From: a virus | Virus record (IMG/VR): IMGVR_UViG_3300037466_002724 | Location: 1-64,000 of that record | Length of the DNA: 64,000 bases | Strand: one strand, 5' to 3' | Shown here: positions 8,936 through 19,234 of the stretch, in pieces | How the letters are laid out: each line of letters starts with the position of its first letter | Position numbering within the stretch: position 1 is the first letter of the stretch | The notes under the pieces: model-generated | Databases searched by the model: none | What the model saw: only the letters and a program-made list of their open reading frames with translations | What the model was told of the DNA's origin: nothing | Made by a program: the position numbers and the translations under genes

Positions 8936-9949
8936 ATGGCCATCCTCTTCCTGAAAGCCCGCGACCGGGGCGACACCGATACCGGCGACATGTTCGGCAC
9001 GCACGTGGAGCAGCGCACGCGCAAGGACGGCGTGACGCAGGGTTACCGCGTGAAGGCGAAGGACCTGCCGCCGAACCGATTCAAGGGCATGGACCCGGTC
9101 AAGGCGACGCCGGATATGTTTGCCGGGCCGCCGCAGTCGCCGGCTCCAACGCCTGCGCCTGCGGCCGAGCCCGCTATCCCTGACGGCCACAGCAAGAAGT
9201 TCTACGTGACCATGATCCGCGACCCAGGCCCGCGTCAGCGCGTGGCGCGCCTGGCCGGCCCGTTCGACGAGCACGAGCACGCGCTGGCGCACGTCGAGCC
9301 GGCGCGCAAGCTGGCCGTGGAGGTCGACCCGCGCGCGCATTTCGATGCGTTCGGCACGGCTGGCGTCACCGCGGCCGAGCACCGGCCTGGTGTGCTGAAT
9401 GAGCGGCTGGGGATTGGCGCGCCTGCCGCCGACCCTGATGCCGCGCTGCTCGACGGCTTCCCGCAAGGTTCCCACTTCATCGCCGGCAAGGGCATACTCG
9501 GATCCGGCAAGTGGGCCGTGGCTGGCCCGGACGGGCGCATGATCGGCAACCTGATGGCCACCAAGCGCGACGCGGCCCAGGAGGCGCGCGGTTTCCTGCG
9601 CTCGCGCGAGCTGGCTGCCGCCGCGGCAAAGGAACTCGAGGAGCACTACGCGCACATCGCCGACAAGCTGCGCGCCGGCAAGGACCTTACCGACGTCGAC
9701 CTCAAGGCGCTGGGCCTGAAACCTGGCCGGGCGCGGTTCGACTACCTCTCGCCGGTCGTCCAGCGCCTGTTCGGCATAAGCCGCGCCAAGGTGCGCGCCG
9801 CGATGGGGGACGCGCTGTCGCAATCGTTCAGCGACATGGGCACGCCGAGCTGGTGGGCGAACCCGCGCAAGGCGCTGGCCAATGCGGCAGCGTACGCTAG
9901 CGGTGCCACGCCGGCTCTCACCAAAGCGCTGTTCCTCCGCCGCCCATGA
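8936..9949 (+). CDS. Putative head-associated/internal protein
   Basis: Begins MAILFLKA and ends LTKALFLRRP. HVEQRTRKDGVTQGYR resembles the N-terminus of the 2501-aa protein. Leaderless late motif at 8914-8929. Confidence 0.6.
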   Translation: MAILFLKARDRGDTDTGDMFGTHVEQRTRKDGVTQGYRVKAKDLPPNRFKGMDPVKATPDMFAGPPQSPAPTPAPAAEPAIPDGHSKKFYVTMIRDPGPRQRVARLAGPFDEHEHALAHVEPARKLAVEVDPRAHFDAFGTAGVTAAEHRPGVLNERLGIGAPAADPDAALLDGFPQGSHFIAGKGILGSGKWAVAGPDGRMIGNLMATKRDAAQEARGFLRSRELAAAAAKELEEHYAHIADKLRAGKDLTDVDLKALGLKPGRARFDYLSPVVQRLFGISRAKVRAAMGDALSQSFSDMGTPSWWANPRKALANAAAYASGATPALTKALFLRRP

Positions 9950-9985
9950 GCCCGATCGCCTGGTGGTTCCTCTGGCTGGGCCTGT

Positions 9986-10933
9986 TCACGACGCCGCGTA
10001 CAGAGAGACAACGACAAGACACTTCGCTGCCAGCATCCACTTTGCCAGAACGGACAGCAGCAGAGCCGTAAACCCGCTGCGCAGGGTTTCCCGATAACGC
10101 GCTGGCGTCATGCCGGTGACGTCCTTGAAGCACGTGCTGAAATGCGACTGGCTGGCGAAGCCGCAGTTCAGTGCGATCTGGACCAACGATAGGGTGGAAT
10201 CCGCCAGCCTAACCTTGGCCACATCCACCCGGCGCGCCATCATATAACGCATCGGCGTCTCACCGGTCGCAGCCTTGAACGCCCGTGAGAATTGCGACTG
10301 GCTCAGGTTGACCAAGTCAGCGAGCTCGGAGGCGCGCACGGCACGACCGAGGTGACGATTGATGTAGGCGTCAATCTCGCCGACCTGTTGCTCGGTGAGT
10401 TGGGCCTTGCGGGTCGGATACTGCTCCACCTTGGCGCAAAGGATCCGCAACACCCGCGTGACGATCGAGTTGATCAGCGCATCGACCAGCGGCGGCAGCG
10501 TCTTTGGAGGCGATTCTAACGCCACCTCCTTCAGCAGCGAGATCGCGTAGCCCAGGACCGAACAGTCGCCGCAATCGAAATAGTTGTAGAGGCAATCCTT
10601 GAATCCCGGCGTGAGTTCTGCAGCGCGATCGAACCAGTGTTGTGGGATCGCGACGATAGTGATGTCCATTGGGTATTCAGACCGGCCCGCTAACTGCGTA
10701 TTGCTCGGAAGAAAATAGACTGTGTAGGCTGTATGGATTACGTTCTTGAGTGGCGCGCCTTCGATCCCGACGGAACCGGTCAGTCCATGTTGGACGACAC
10801 CGACGGCGTTCATGTTGAAATACAGTTCGACATCGCCGCGTGCGCCCTGGAACACATCAACTTTTACGTCCCGGATCATCCGCGTGGTGTGCTGGTCACA
10901 ATCCCAAAATCTGAGCCGTCCCTCGTCTGGCAT
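9986..10933 (-). CDS. AraC-family transcriptional regulator
   Basis: C-terminal double HTH: ELADLVNLSQSQFSRAFK...IALNCGFASQSHFSTCFKDVTGMTPARYR. Confidence 0.92.
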   Translation of the reverse strand: MPDEGRLRFWDCDQHTTRMIRDVKVDVFQGARGDVELYFNMNAVGVVQHGLTGSVGIEGAPLKNVIHTAYTVYFLPSNTQLAGRSEYPMDITIVAIPQHWFDRAAELTPGFKDCLYNYFDCGDCSVLGYAISLLKEVALESPPKTLPPLVDALINSIVTRVLRILCAKVEQYPTRKAQLTEQQVGEIDAYINRHLGRAVRASELADLVNLSQSQFSRAFKAATGETPMRYMMARRVDVAKVRLADSTLSLVQIALNCGFASQSHFSTCFKDVTGMTPARYRETLRSGFTALLLSVLAKWMLAAKCLVVVSLYAAS

Positions 10934-10989
10934 GACCTGCCTCGTAGCGGCAACATACCAGTGCTTTATGGGCTATGCGAGCGGAATCC

Positions 10990-11088
10990 GCGCCCTATGA
11001 GCGCCCGGATTGTGGAATGCGGGAAAAAAATGCCTTTATTCACAGGAGGTTCAGGTAGATATTACCCTGATTCCGTATCTGGGCGTCA
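10990..11088 (-). repeat. Bipartite site E5
   Basis: GCGCCC-tatga-GCGCCC at 10990-11006; core CCTGA-ttccgta-TCTGGgcgTCA at 11066-11088; 59 nt gap. Confidence 0.82.
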
Positions 11089-12941
11089 GGATCGGCGCGC
11101 CGGGACGTGTCCGGCCAGCACCAGCATGCGGCGCTCGCCGAGGGCGCGTTCGGTGGCGGCTACGATCTCCGCGCGGTCGACCCTGGTTCCGGCGAAGTGG
11201 CGCAGGGCATTGAACAGCCGTCGGCGCATCCGCCGCATCCGGAACTTGCCGCGGGTCGTGTAGCCAGCCAGGCGCCGGAGCTGGCGCGCGCTGGGCGCCT
11301 TTCTCCGAAAGTCGACAGTGATCTCGATGGCGTCTGTCACGATGCCCCGCCGGCACGCCGATCGAACGCGAAGTGCGCCAGGATCCCCAGCAGCAGCAGG
11401 ATGACGGCGTCCTGACTGTAGTCCGGCGACACGAAGGCCTGCGCCCGGTTCGCGAAAAACACGGCGTAGGCCAGGAGCCCGGCGCCGAAAAACACCCGCG
11501 TGATGATCTTGTCCATGATCGGTCCTACCGTCTCGTTTTTGGGTATTGATAATCTACGTCATGTTTCTCGTTGTGCTGCTTTAGCTTTGTCAAGTGCCAG
11601 CCGCGGCAAAGTCTGCACTCATACATATAAAGCTTAACGCTGGTCTCGGATTGGAGGCATTGGCCGGCCGCCCGGGCGCCGAACTCGTCCGAGTACCGGC
11701 GCTTGCCCTCGCAGCCGCGCAGGATCTTTGAGACCAGCATTCCGGAGCGGCGCAGGGGCTGGGTCATCGCGGCGACTTCGTGTGCAGGACGACGACGGGC
11801 CCTGTCAGCTGGTTACTGTAGGTCGCGGCCAGGTCGGCGCCGACGACGACGTCGCCGATCGCGTCGCGCACCGGGTGGTGCCCTGGTAGACGCTGCAGCA
11901 CCTCGATCAGCTCGGTGACAGTCACGGCATGGCCCTCCCGATCTCGACGGCGGCGCGGAAGATGGCGAGACGCAAAGAGGCTGCCGGATCATCGCCGACC
12001 GGCGCGCTTGCCTTGCCGTACCGGTCCATCACTGAATCGCCCACGCGCCAGAAGCCAGCCTCGATCCACACATCCTCCTGCAGGTGTGCCGCCAGCTCTA
12101 GCGCCTGCCCGCTGTCGCGCCGCGGATCCCAGAGCATGTCGCGCGCGATCTCGTGGCCCTGGTCGCGCAGCCAATCGTAGTCCCAGTCGGCGCGCGCTTT
12201 GCCGGCGGCCTTGGCGGCGAGGGCGAGCTGGTCGCGGTCATCCTGCATGCTGCGCCTCCTTCCACTCCAGAAACGGCCGGCGCACCAGCTCGTGAAACCG
12301 CTCGGCCGCGCCGGCATTCGTGTCGAGCTCGTTGCGGCTGTAGATGCCGCAGGAGGCCAAAACGAACTCCTTGGCGCATTCCTCGTCGAACTCGCCGGCG
12401 GTGCCCGACTGGGCGGCCAGGTGCTCGATCCAGGCCTGGAACTGCCGGTCGCGGCAGAAGACGCAGGCCATGATGCAAAGGTCGCGAGTGCTCACGGCTT
12501 CACCGCCTTGGCTGGAGACAGGCAGCTCACCAGCCGGAAAATGTCGGCATCGAGCTCGCTGTCGAAACCCATGGCCTCGGCCAAGTCGAAATGCCAGTGC
12601 GGAACGCCGGCGCGTTTTCCCCACTTCGGGATGCGCTGCAGGTAGGTTATTCCACTTTTGCTGTGTGTCGTCTCGCGCGCGAGAACCCACATGCGGCGAC
12701 CACGCCAGACAAACTGGTCGGGATAGTTGTTCAGCCCGTGGCTATCCAGACCGTCAGGCCAGCGCCACCGGCCGTCCTCGTAGATCGCAAGGTCTTTCCC
12801 GAACCGACCACCTGGCGCGCTTTGCACCTCGTAGGCACCATCCCGCACCGGTGGTGTCGTGCACGGGATCCAGTCGGTGACCTGCGGCTGTTCGTCGAGC
12901 AGGCGCTCCATAGTCCGCTTCGTCGGTCCGCGGCGGCTCAC
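11086..12941 (-). CDS. Run of small coupled hypothetical genes (approx. 11086-11340, 11337-11517, 11525-11767, 11922-12248, 12238-12495, 12492-12941)
   Basis: Consecutive minus-strand ORFs, several with overlapping stop/start codons. 11525-11767 has a C-x-GK...YECRLCRGWHLT zinc motif. Confidence 0.55.
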
Positions 12942-13909
12942 GGCTGCACCTTGGCGATGATGGCGGCGAGGTCGATGTTCCGGAACTCGAAACCAAAGCA
13001 GACCTTTTCGACGACGGCCCTGTGCACCGCATCGGCGATCGCCATGTCGCGCGCGGCGCGTTCCCCGATGCGTGCAAGCTGGCGCCATTCGCCCTGGAGG
13101 AAGCGATAACCAAGTTCCTCCAGCAGTCGCTCAGCCTTGCCCAGCGCCTCGCTCTTGCGCGCCAGGTCGGCGCGCAGCTGGTCGACTTCCGGCTCGGTGA
13201 CCATCAGCTCATTGATCACATCAACCAAGTAGTCGCGCGCCTGGCCACCGAAGGCTAAACCATGGCGCTTCTCAACCACCGCGAAGGCCTCGTCGATGTG
13301 CTCGCGGCTCATTTTCCCGCCCGGCAGCATCAGGTAGCCGTTATCCACCGCGTGGCGCAGGGCGGCGTTGGCGACGGCAAGCACCGCACTGTGACGACCG
13401 CCATCCGGACCGCTCTTGTTGAGCGTCGCGCCGTGCAACCGGACGAGCTCAACTGCATCCATCCCCGTCACCGGATACTGCTTCTCCGGCGCCGGCCAGC
13501 GGCAGTCGTCAAAGCCGCCGTACCAGTTCGGGGTGACTTCCGACACCGTGTACTCCTGGCCGACAACAGATTTGCATTTCGCCTCGCGCTCGCTGTAGAC
13601 CTTGTCTCCAACAAACACCGGCTTGCCGTCGATGTAGCCGAGCGGGGTCATGACGAGGTCGAACTTGCCGTCGCCGTGGCCCTGGGTGCCGTCGGCGCGA
13701 TAGGTGCGCACGGCCGCGTCCTGCTTCGACACGGTCACCAGGCACTGCGCATGCTTGCGGTCCCACTTGACGATCTCGACGCCTTCACCGGTGGCGAGGG
13801 CATACGGCGCGCCGGCCTTGGCGTGCTCCAAATTGAACGGCCGCGTGAAGAGCTTGGCGGCTTCCTGCTTAAGTAAGGCTGCACCGATGTCGGTGACGGT
13901 GATATTCAT
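12938..13909 (-). CDS. Phage hypothetical protein
   Basis: Strong GGGAGG RBS; 323-aa ORF, first gene after site E6. Confidence 0.7.
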   Translation of the reverse strand: MNITVTDIGAALLKQEAAKLFTRPFNLEHAKAGAPYALATGEGVEIVKWDRKHAQCLVTVSKQDAAVRTYRADGTQGHGDGKFDLVMTPLGYIDGKPVFVGDKVYSEREAKCKSVVGQEYTVSEVTPNWYGGFDDCRWPAPEKQYPVTGMDAVELVRLHGATLNKSGPDGGRHSAVLAVANAALRHAVDNGYLMLPGGKMSREHIDEAFAVVEKRHGLAFGGQARDYLVDVINELMVTEPEVDQLRADLARKSEALGKAERLLEELGYRFLQGEWRQLARIGERAARDMAIADAVHRAVVEKVCFGFEFRNIDLAAIIAKVQP

Positions 13910-13925
13910 AAACCTCCCTGTTTGC

Positions 13926-14024
13926 GCGCCCTATCAGCGCCCGAAGTTAATCGAAATTGATGTAAGTAACTGTACCACAAATGATTAAGTCTGTGCGGAA
14001 ACCAGATTGATTGTCAGGTATTCA
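13926..14024 (-). repeat. Bipartite site E6, with an internal sigma70-like extended -10
   Basis: GCGCCC-tatca-GCGCCC at 13926-13942; core CCAGA-ttgattg-TCAGGtatTCA at 14002-14024; 59 nt gap containing TGGTACAGT on the minus strand. Confidence 0.82.
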
Positions 14025-14135
14025 CAACACGTCAGAAGGATGATCCCAACTGCCAGCAGAACCATGCGTAGGCTAGGCCGACGGCGGCGCCAGCGCACGC
14101 GTAGAGAATGCCGCTGATGATCTTCAAGAGGATAC

Positions 14136-14642
14136 TCATGCTGCCATCCTCGGGGCGCGCTCGCCAACGAGCCACAGCCAGCGGTCGTCCACCTGGTCCG
14201 CCTTGCGCCAAGGCCGGTTGATATCGAGCTCGGCCTTACGGTGAGGGCCGCCCGGCCCGGTCTTCTTGCATCCGCAGCTGGCCGTGTTGCCGTACCTGAC
14301 ATCCTTCAGGCGGACGTTGGTCACGGTGCCGCAGTCGCATTTGAATTCCCACACCGCGCCCTGACTGCCTACCTCTATGAGCCGGACAGCGGTCAGAATG
14401 CCGTAGCGGCCGCCGGTGACATCGAGGTGAGGACGCGCGCGGCCCATGCAGCCGCATGAGCTCACCCTACCAGTGCTGAGAAGCGTCGCACGGGTCACGT
14501 GTTCTTTTCCGCAGTCGCAGATGCACCGCCACCAGCTGCCGCGCCGCCCGCCTTCGGGACGAGGTACGCGCTCGACCGCGACCAGCTTGCCGAACCGCTG
14601 GTTGGCCAGGTCCTTCGGCTTTGTAGAGCGGCGGTCAGCCAT
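14136..14642 (-). CDS. Protein with two CxCDCG...SCGC repeats (N-terminal module of AP2/HNH-type phage proteins)
   Basis: DLANQRFGKLVAV..WRCICDCG...SSCGC occurs twice. Confidence 0.7.
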   Translation of the reverse strand: MADRRSTKPKDLANQRFGKLVAVERVPRPEGGRRGSWWRCICDCGKEHVTRATLLSTGRVSSCGCMGRARPHLDVTGGRYGILTAVRLIEVGSQGAVWEFKCDCGTVTNVRLKDVRYGNTASCGCKKTGPGGPHRKAELDINRPWRKADQVDDRWLWLVGERAPRMAA

Positions 14643-14985
14643 GATCCACCTCGTCCGGCACGGTGTCGCCAAACTTGCTGGCGACGTAGGCGCGCATGGC
14701 GGCGATCAGCGGCGTGGGGCCGCTATAGTCGCCGGCCTCGTGGCAAGCCAGCCATTTGTTGCGCACTGGGGCAATCTGAATGCGCGCGAGCTCGATAATT
14801 GGCCCACCCTCGACCCAGTCGAGTGAAGGCGAATAGATACGCGGGATCCCTTTCTGATAGGCGGTGTCGATGAAGATGTATGCGTGTTGCTTTGCGCAGC
14901 GACTTCGAATTTCGACGCGCAATCCTTCCACCCGCGCGATCCAGTAATCCAGCAGCGCTCCCTCCAGTTCAGCGACTTTCGGCAT
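14635..14985 (-). CDS. DUF2591/NinX-like phage protein
   Basis: LEGALLDYWIA...YSPSLDWVEGGPII...GPTPLIAAMRAYVASKFG. Confidence 0.75.
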   Translation of the reverse strand: MPKVAELEGALLDYWIARVEGLRVEIRSRCAKQHAYIFIDTAYQKGIPRIYSPSLDWVEGGPIIELARIQIAPVRNKWLACHEAGDYSGPTPLIAAMRAYVASKFGDTVPDEVDHG

Positions 14986-15772
14986 CGCCGTTCTCCTTGT
15001 CATTCAGGTCCAGCGACGCCGGCAAGTTGTCGGGCAGGGCCTTGGGCTGGCGGCGCTCCAGCACCTTCTGCGCCCACTCCTGGCCTGATGGTCCTGTGTA
15101 GCCGCGCTCCTTCGCGAGGTTCAGCAGACCGGCCGCTTCGGCTGAATCGGACGCAGGATCTGGCATGGGTTTCCCAAATGGGACGACCCACTTTCCAGTT
15201 GGCGGTTCCGCGTGCTTCTCGACTGGCAGCGGCAGCACGTCGTCGAGCGGGTCGTTGGGGTCGGCACCCTGGGCGGCGGCACGGTTGTATGTCTCATCGG
15301 TGACGTAAGACAGCGTGCCGAACCCATCCAGACTGTAGCCGATCAGCTGGGCCAGCTGCTCCCAGTCTTCTTGCGGAAAGTCCATACAGGCTAGGTCGTT
15401 CAGCTTGCCTTCCGCCAGGTGGTCGACGATGGCATTGCGCTTGAAGCGCAGCCTGCCATGCGCATCCGTGACCAGAGGTTGGATTGGGTGCCTGGCCTCC
15501 ATACTGCCAGCATTGGTAGTAGCCTCCGCCCGCTCCAGCCGCGCGATCAGCTCCAGCACGACGGCGGGGTTGGCGGCGGCGATGTAGGCGGCGTCGATGG
15601 CGCACTCATCCGCGCTGCGCCCAAACCCGGTAGTTTCGCCGACGATCGTTTCGCCGTCAGCGCCGCCCGTGATCGTAGTCGGCGCGTGGCACGTCCAGTT
15701 GCCCGCACCCCACGGCCCCGCCGTCGCCGCCTGCGCCAGCTCCTTGAGGCGGGTGAGGTCGAGGGCGGTCAT
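14969..15772 (-). CDS. Ead/Ea22-like protein
   Basis: LKELAQAATAGPW...DAAYIAAANPAVVLELIARLE. Confidence 0.75.
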   Translation of the reverse strand: MTALDLTRLKELAQAATAGPWGAGNWTCHAPTTITGGADGETIVGETTGFGRSADECAIDAAYIAAANPAVVLELIARLERAEATTNAGSMEARHPIQPLVTDAHGRLRFKRNAIVDHLAEGKLNDLACMDFPQEDWEQLAQLIGYSLDGFGTLSYVTDETYNRAAAQGADPNDPLDDVLPLPVEKHAEPPTGKWVVPFGKPMPDPASDSAEAAGLLNLAKERGYTGPSGQEWAQKVLERRQPKALPDNLPASLDLNDKENGDAESR

Positions 15773-16992
15773 GCGCGACCTCCGCTGGTCAGCTTGAAGA
15801 TGATGATGAAGAGCGCGACACCGATCGCTATGACGGCGAGCAGAGACAGTCGCACCTCTTTCTTTGACCGCGAGCCGTCACAACCGCGCAGGTAGCCGTA
15901 CCAGCCGATCAGGACGAGCAGCATCAGGAACTGCCAGATGATGGGGCCGGCGTTCACTCTGCCTCCCGCGCGGCGAGCATGGCGTCGGCAATCGCATAGG
16001 CGGCCTCTGCAAGGGCCTTTTTGAATTCGTTTGCGTCTCCATTCGACTTCGAAAACTGCTGCACGGTGCTGGCGTAGACTTGCGGCAGCACCTCGGCGGC
16101 AATTTCGTCCCGCTGGCGCTGGCTGATCATGTCGTCGAGCCAGGCAGCACCGCTATTCGGGACGCGCAGCTCGATGGCGGCGTATTCGCGCTTCGTAAGC
16201 CCTTTCTCGGACATGAAGCTGTTATTGATCGGGAAAGCTCCCTGATCTTCGTCGTTGTCGCTCATACCTTCCTTTCATCGCGCCCAGCTCGCGCCGGGCG
16301 CATCGGGGTTGATCAGATTGCCGGCACCAGACCCTTGCGGTCGGCTTTCTTGAGGGCGCGGTAGATGGCGCGGCCGCAGGTGGCGGACAGGCGGTGCTGG
16401 CCGAGGAAGATGGCGCCCGGCGCGCCAGGGAACGGCGGGATGAATACCTGCTTGCCCAGTTGGACAACGACCTCACGCGGGTGCTTGCCGATCTGGCGGA
16501 CGGCGCGGCGGGCGATCTTGGCTTGGATGTGGGACATGTGATTTTCCTAGTTGTGGTGGCTGGTGGTTATGCGGGCACGTCGGCCAGGTCGAACACGATG
16601 CCGCGGCAGTACGGCTCGCCGTCCTCGACGATCTCGAACGTCTCGTGCGGGATAGTGGTCCTGATGATCCAGCTGTAGCCAGCCTCGCCAGCCCAGACCG
16701 CATCGATGGTGACGCCGCCGTTCTCGCGCTTGAAGTAGTCGCGAAGGGCGTCCTGGTCGTCGCGGTCGATGCTGTCGAAGCTCGGGACAACGCCGGCGCG
16801 GTCGATGCGCGCGCTACCGCCGCCGTAGCAGCCGACCTCGTCGTGGATCGCACCGCGCAGCTCGAGCAGGTCGTCGCTGGCGCCGAAGGCCACGATCAGG
16901 CCTGCAGCTTTCGCCTGAGCGGCTTCGTCACGGGTGATCTCACTGCGGTATTCGCGGCCGGTCAGCAGCGCCGCCAGGTCATTGGCGTTCAC
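15769..16992 (-). CDS. Four small phage hypothetical genes (15769-15957 membrane, 15954-16265, 16313-16537, 16567-16992)
   Basis: Consecutive minus-strand ORFs with RBSs, some with overlapping stop/start codons. Confidence 0.6.
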
Positions 16993-17246
16993 GCCGGCAC
17001 CTTGCTGGTGACGTAGTCGATCGCCTGCTGGACGGTCTGGAGCTTTTCGCCGTCGTCGTTCGGGATATCGATGTCGAACTCGTCTTCGAGCGCGAACACG
17101 ATTTCGACCAGGTCCAGGGAGTCGGCGCCGAGGTCATCGACCAGGTTGCTTTCCGGCTTGACGTCCGCCTCGGCGAAACCGAGCTCATGAGCGATGACGC
17201 GCTTCACGCGGTCGACGGTGGTTGCGGCTTGAATATTGGTGTCCAC
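16989..17246 (-). CDS. acpP: Acyl carrier protein
   Basis: [25 protein letters not shown] with the phosphopantetheinylation Ser intact; acidic, 85 aa; GTG start with AAGGA RBS. Confidence 0.93.
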   Translation of the reverse strand: MDTNIQAATTVDRVKRVIAHELGFAEADVKPESNLVDDLGADSLDLVEIVFALEDEFDIDIPNDDGEKLQTVQQAIDYVTSKVPA

Positions 17247-17260
17247 GTTTTCCTTCTGTT

Positions 17261-17359
17261 GCGCCCTATACGCGCCCGGGCTGTCTGGCGTGCCTGCAAA
17301 GTGCCGGCGATTGTTGGTGTTCCGTCGCCTTGACGCCCAGACCTCAAATCAGGTCGTCT
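17261..17359 (-). repeat. Bipartite site E7
   Basis: GCGCCC-tatac-GCGCCC at 17261-17277; core TGAcgcCCAGA-cctcaaa-TCAGG at 17331-17353; 59 nt gap to CCAGA at 17337. Confidence 0.82.
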
Positions 17360-17467
17360 GTCCGGCAACGATGTATCAATAATAATCAACAGACGAAAAT
17401 TAAGCAACGACTTGTTGCTTTCCTGCACGCCGCCACCGCCCCGGCGTCGTGACGCTACGCTGCTCCT

Positions 17468-19234
17468 ATGACTACCGATAACGCCCGAGCCGTCCTCGCT
17501 GACCCGCGCGCGCCCGCCGCCGAGCGGTTCGACGCGCAGGCGGAGCTGCAGCAGGCCGCGATGCCGACCGCATCCGACCTGATCCCGGCCGACCGCCTTA
17601 AGCCGTTGATCGACTGGGTGCGCGACTCGTACGAAGAGCAGGAGTTCAACAAGTCGCTGGCGTTCCCGAACGTGATCCCGTTCCCGTCGCGCGCCGTGCG
17701 TGAGAAGCAGCCAGGCATGCAGTCGGTCTACATGGACGACGTGACGGCCGGTGTGTTCGGCGACTACTTTGAAAAGCCGGGCTCGTTCGGTTTCGACTCG
17801 ATGCGCGCCATGGTCGACCAGACGCCGATCCTGTCGGCCATCGTGCTGACACGCATCCGCCAGGTGCAGCGGTTCTGCCGCCTCCAGGAGCACGGCAAGG
17901 GCCCGGGCTTCGAGATCCGCCTGCGCGACCTCAGCGCGAACCCGAACGAGGATGAGAAGAACAGCATCAAGCTGCTTCAGGACTTCTTCACGCATTGCGG
18001 CTGGGAGACGAACCCGCGCCAGCGCGCGCGCCTGCGCCGCGATAACTTCACGTCGTTCATGGTGAAATTCGTGCGCGATAGCCTGACCCTAGACTCGGCG
18101 CCGATCGAGACCGAGTACAAGCGCGACAAGAAGCTCGGCATGGACGGCTTTTACGCCGTCGACGGCGCCACGATCCGGCTGTGCACCGAGAACGGCTACC
18201 GCGGCGAGGACGAGATCCGCGCGCTCCAGGTGGTCCAGGGCCAGCTGCGCACAGCCTACACGTTCGACGACCTGATCTATCAGCCGCGCAACCCGCGCAG
18301 CAATGTCGAGGTCGGCGGCTACGGTCTGTCCGAGACCGAGCTCCTGATCAAGGTGGTCACGAACCTGCTGAACGCGATGACGTACAACGGCAAGTTCTTC
18401 GACTCGAACAGCATCCCCAAGGGCCTGCTGCACCTGTCTGGCTCGTACGATGACAAGGACCTGGCCGCCTTCCGGCGCCAGTGGAACGGCATGGTCCGCG
18501 GCATCAACAACGCCTGGACGATGCCGGTCATGGTCTCCAAGGACCAGGAGAGCAAGGCAACGTTCGAGAAGTTCGGCGTGGACGTCGACGAAATGATGTT
18601 CGGCAAGTGGATGACGTTCCTGACGTCGATCGCCTGCGCGATCTACAGCATCTCGCCGGACGAGATCAACTTCGAGAGCTTCCGCACGACCGCGGGCGGC
18701 CTGAACGGCAACGACACCGAAGAGAAGCTGGCGCACTCGTCCGACAAGGGCCTGCGCCCGCTGCTGTCCTACTGCGAGGACACGTTCTCGGACTTCATCG
18801 TCGCCGACTTCTCCGACAAGTACGTGTTCCGGTTCACCGGGCTCGACGAAGAGGACGAAAAGCAGAAGTTCGAGCGGCAGAAACTCGTGCTCACCGTCAA
18901 CGAGATGCGCGCTCAGGACGGACTGGAGCCGATCACCGAGGACTGGGGCGACGCGCCGCTCAACCCGTCGCTGCTGTCCGCCTGGCAGGCCGAGCACCAG
19001 CAGGGACAGGAGGACTTCGGCAATCCGGGCGCCGACGGCCAGGCTGCGGCCGGCGACGACCAGCAGGGTCAGGACAACCAGCAGGGCGGCGGCGCGCAGG
19101 ATTTTGGCGACGACCAGCAGATGGATTTTGGTGACGGCGCGCCCGACGACGGCAGCGTGCCGGCGGATCCCAACACCGACCCGGCCGAGCTCCAGAAGTC
19201 GTTCGGGCTGCCCGTGTTTGTGGTGGACGCATGA
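17468..19234 (+). CDS. Portal protein
   Basis: YAVDGATIR, YGLSETE, FFDSNSIPKGLL, LTVNEMR motifs; acidic C-terminal tail; late motif at 17446-17461. Confidence 0.88.
   Translation: MTTDNARAVLADPRAPAAERFDAQAELQQAAMPTASDLIPADRLKPLIDWVRDSYEEQEFNKSLAFPNVIPFPSRAVREKQPGMQSVYMDDVTAGVFGDYFEKPGSFGFDSMRAMVDQTPILSAIVLTRIRQVQRFCRLQEHGKGPGFEIRLRDLSANPNEDEKNSIKLLQDFFTHCGWETNPRQRARLRRDNFTSFMVKFVRDSLTLDSAPIETEYKRDKKLGMDGFYAVDGATIRLCTENGYRGEDEIRALQVVQGQLRTAYTFDDLIYQPRNPRSNVEVGGYGLSETELLIKVVTNLLNAMTYNGKFFDSNSIPKGLLHLSGSYDDKDLAAFRRQWNGMVRGINNAWTMPVMVSKDQESKATFEKFGVDVDEMMFGKWMTFLTSIACAIYSISPDEINFESFRTTAGGLNGNDTEEKLAHSSDKGLRPLLSYCEDTFSDFIVADFSDKYVFRFTGLDEEDEKQKFERQKLVLTVNEMRAQDGLEPITEDWGDAPLNPSLLSAWQAEHQQGQEDFGNPGADGQAAAGDDQQGQDNQQGGGAQDFGDDQQMDFGDGAPDDGSVPADPNTDPAELQKSFGLPVFVVDA

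Noticed and set aside
16280-16296. GCGCCC-N5-GCGCCG as an eighth bipartite site
   Set aside because: One mismatch and no CCWGA-N7-TCWGG core at the expected distance.
5168-17359. Classical integron attC array or dif modules
   Set aside because: No GTTRRRY/RYYYAAC ends, no long attC hairpins, no intI and no XerC/D dif consensus; the sites have a different architecture.
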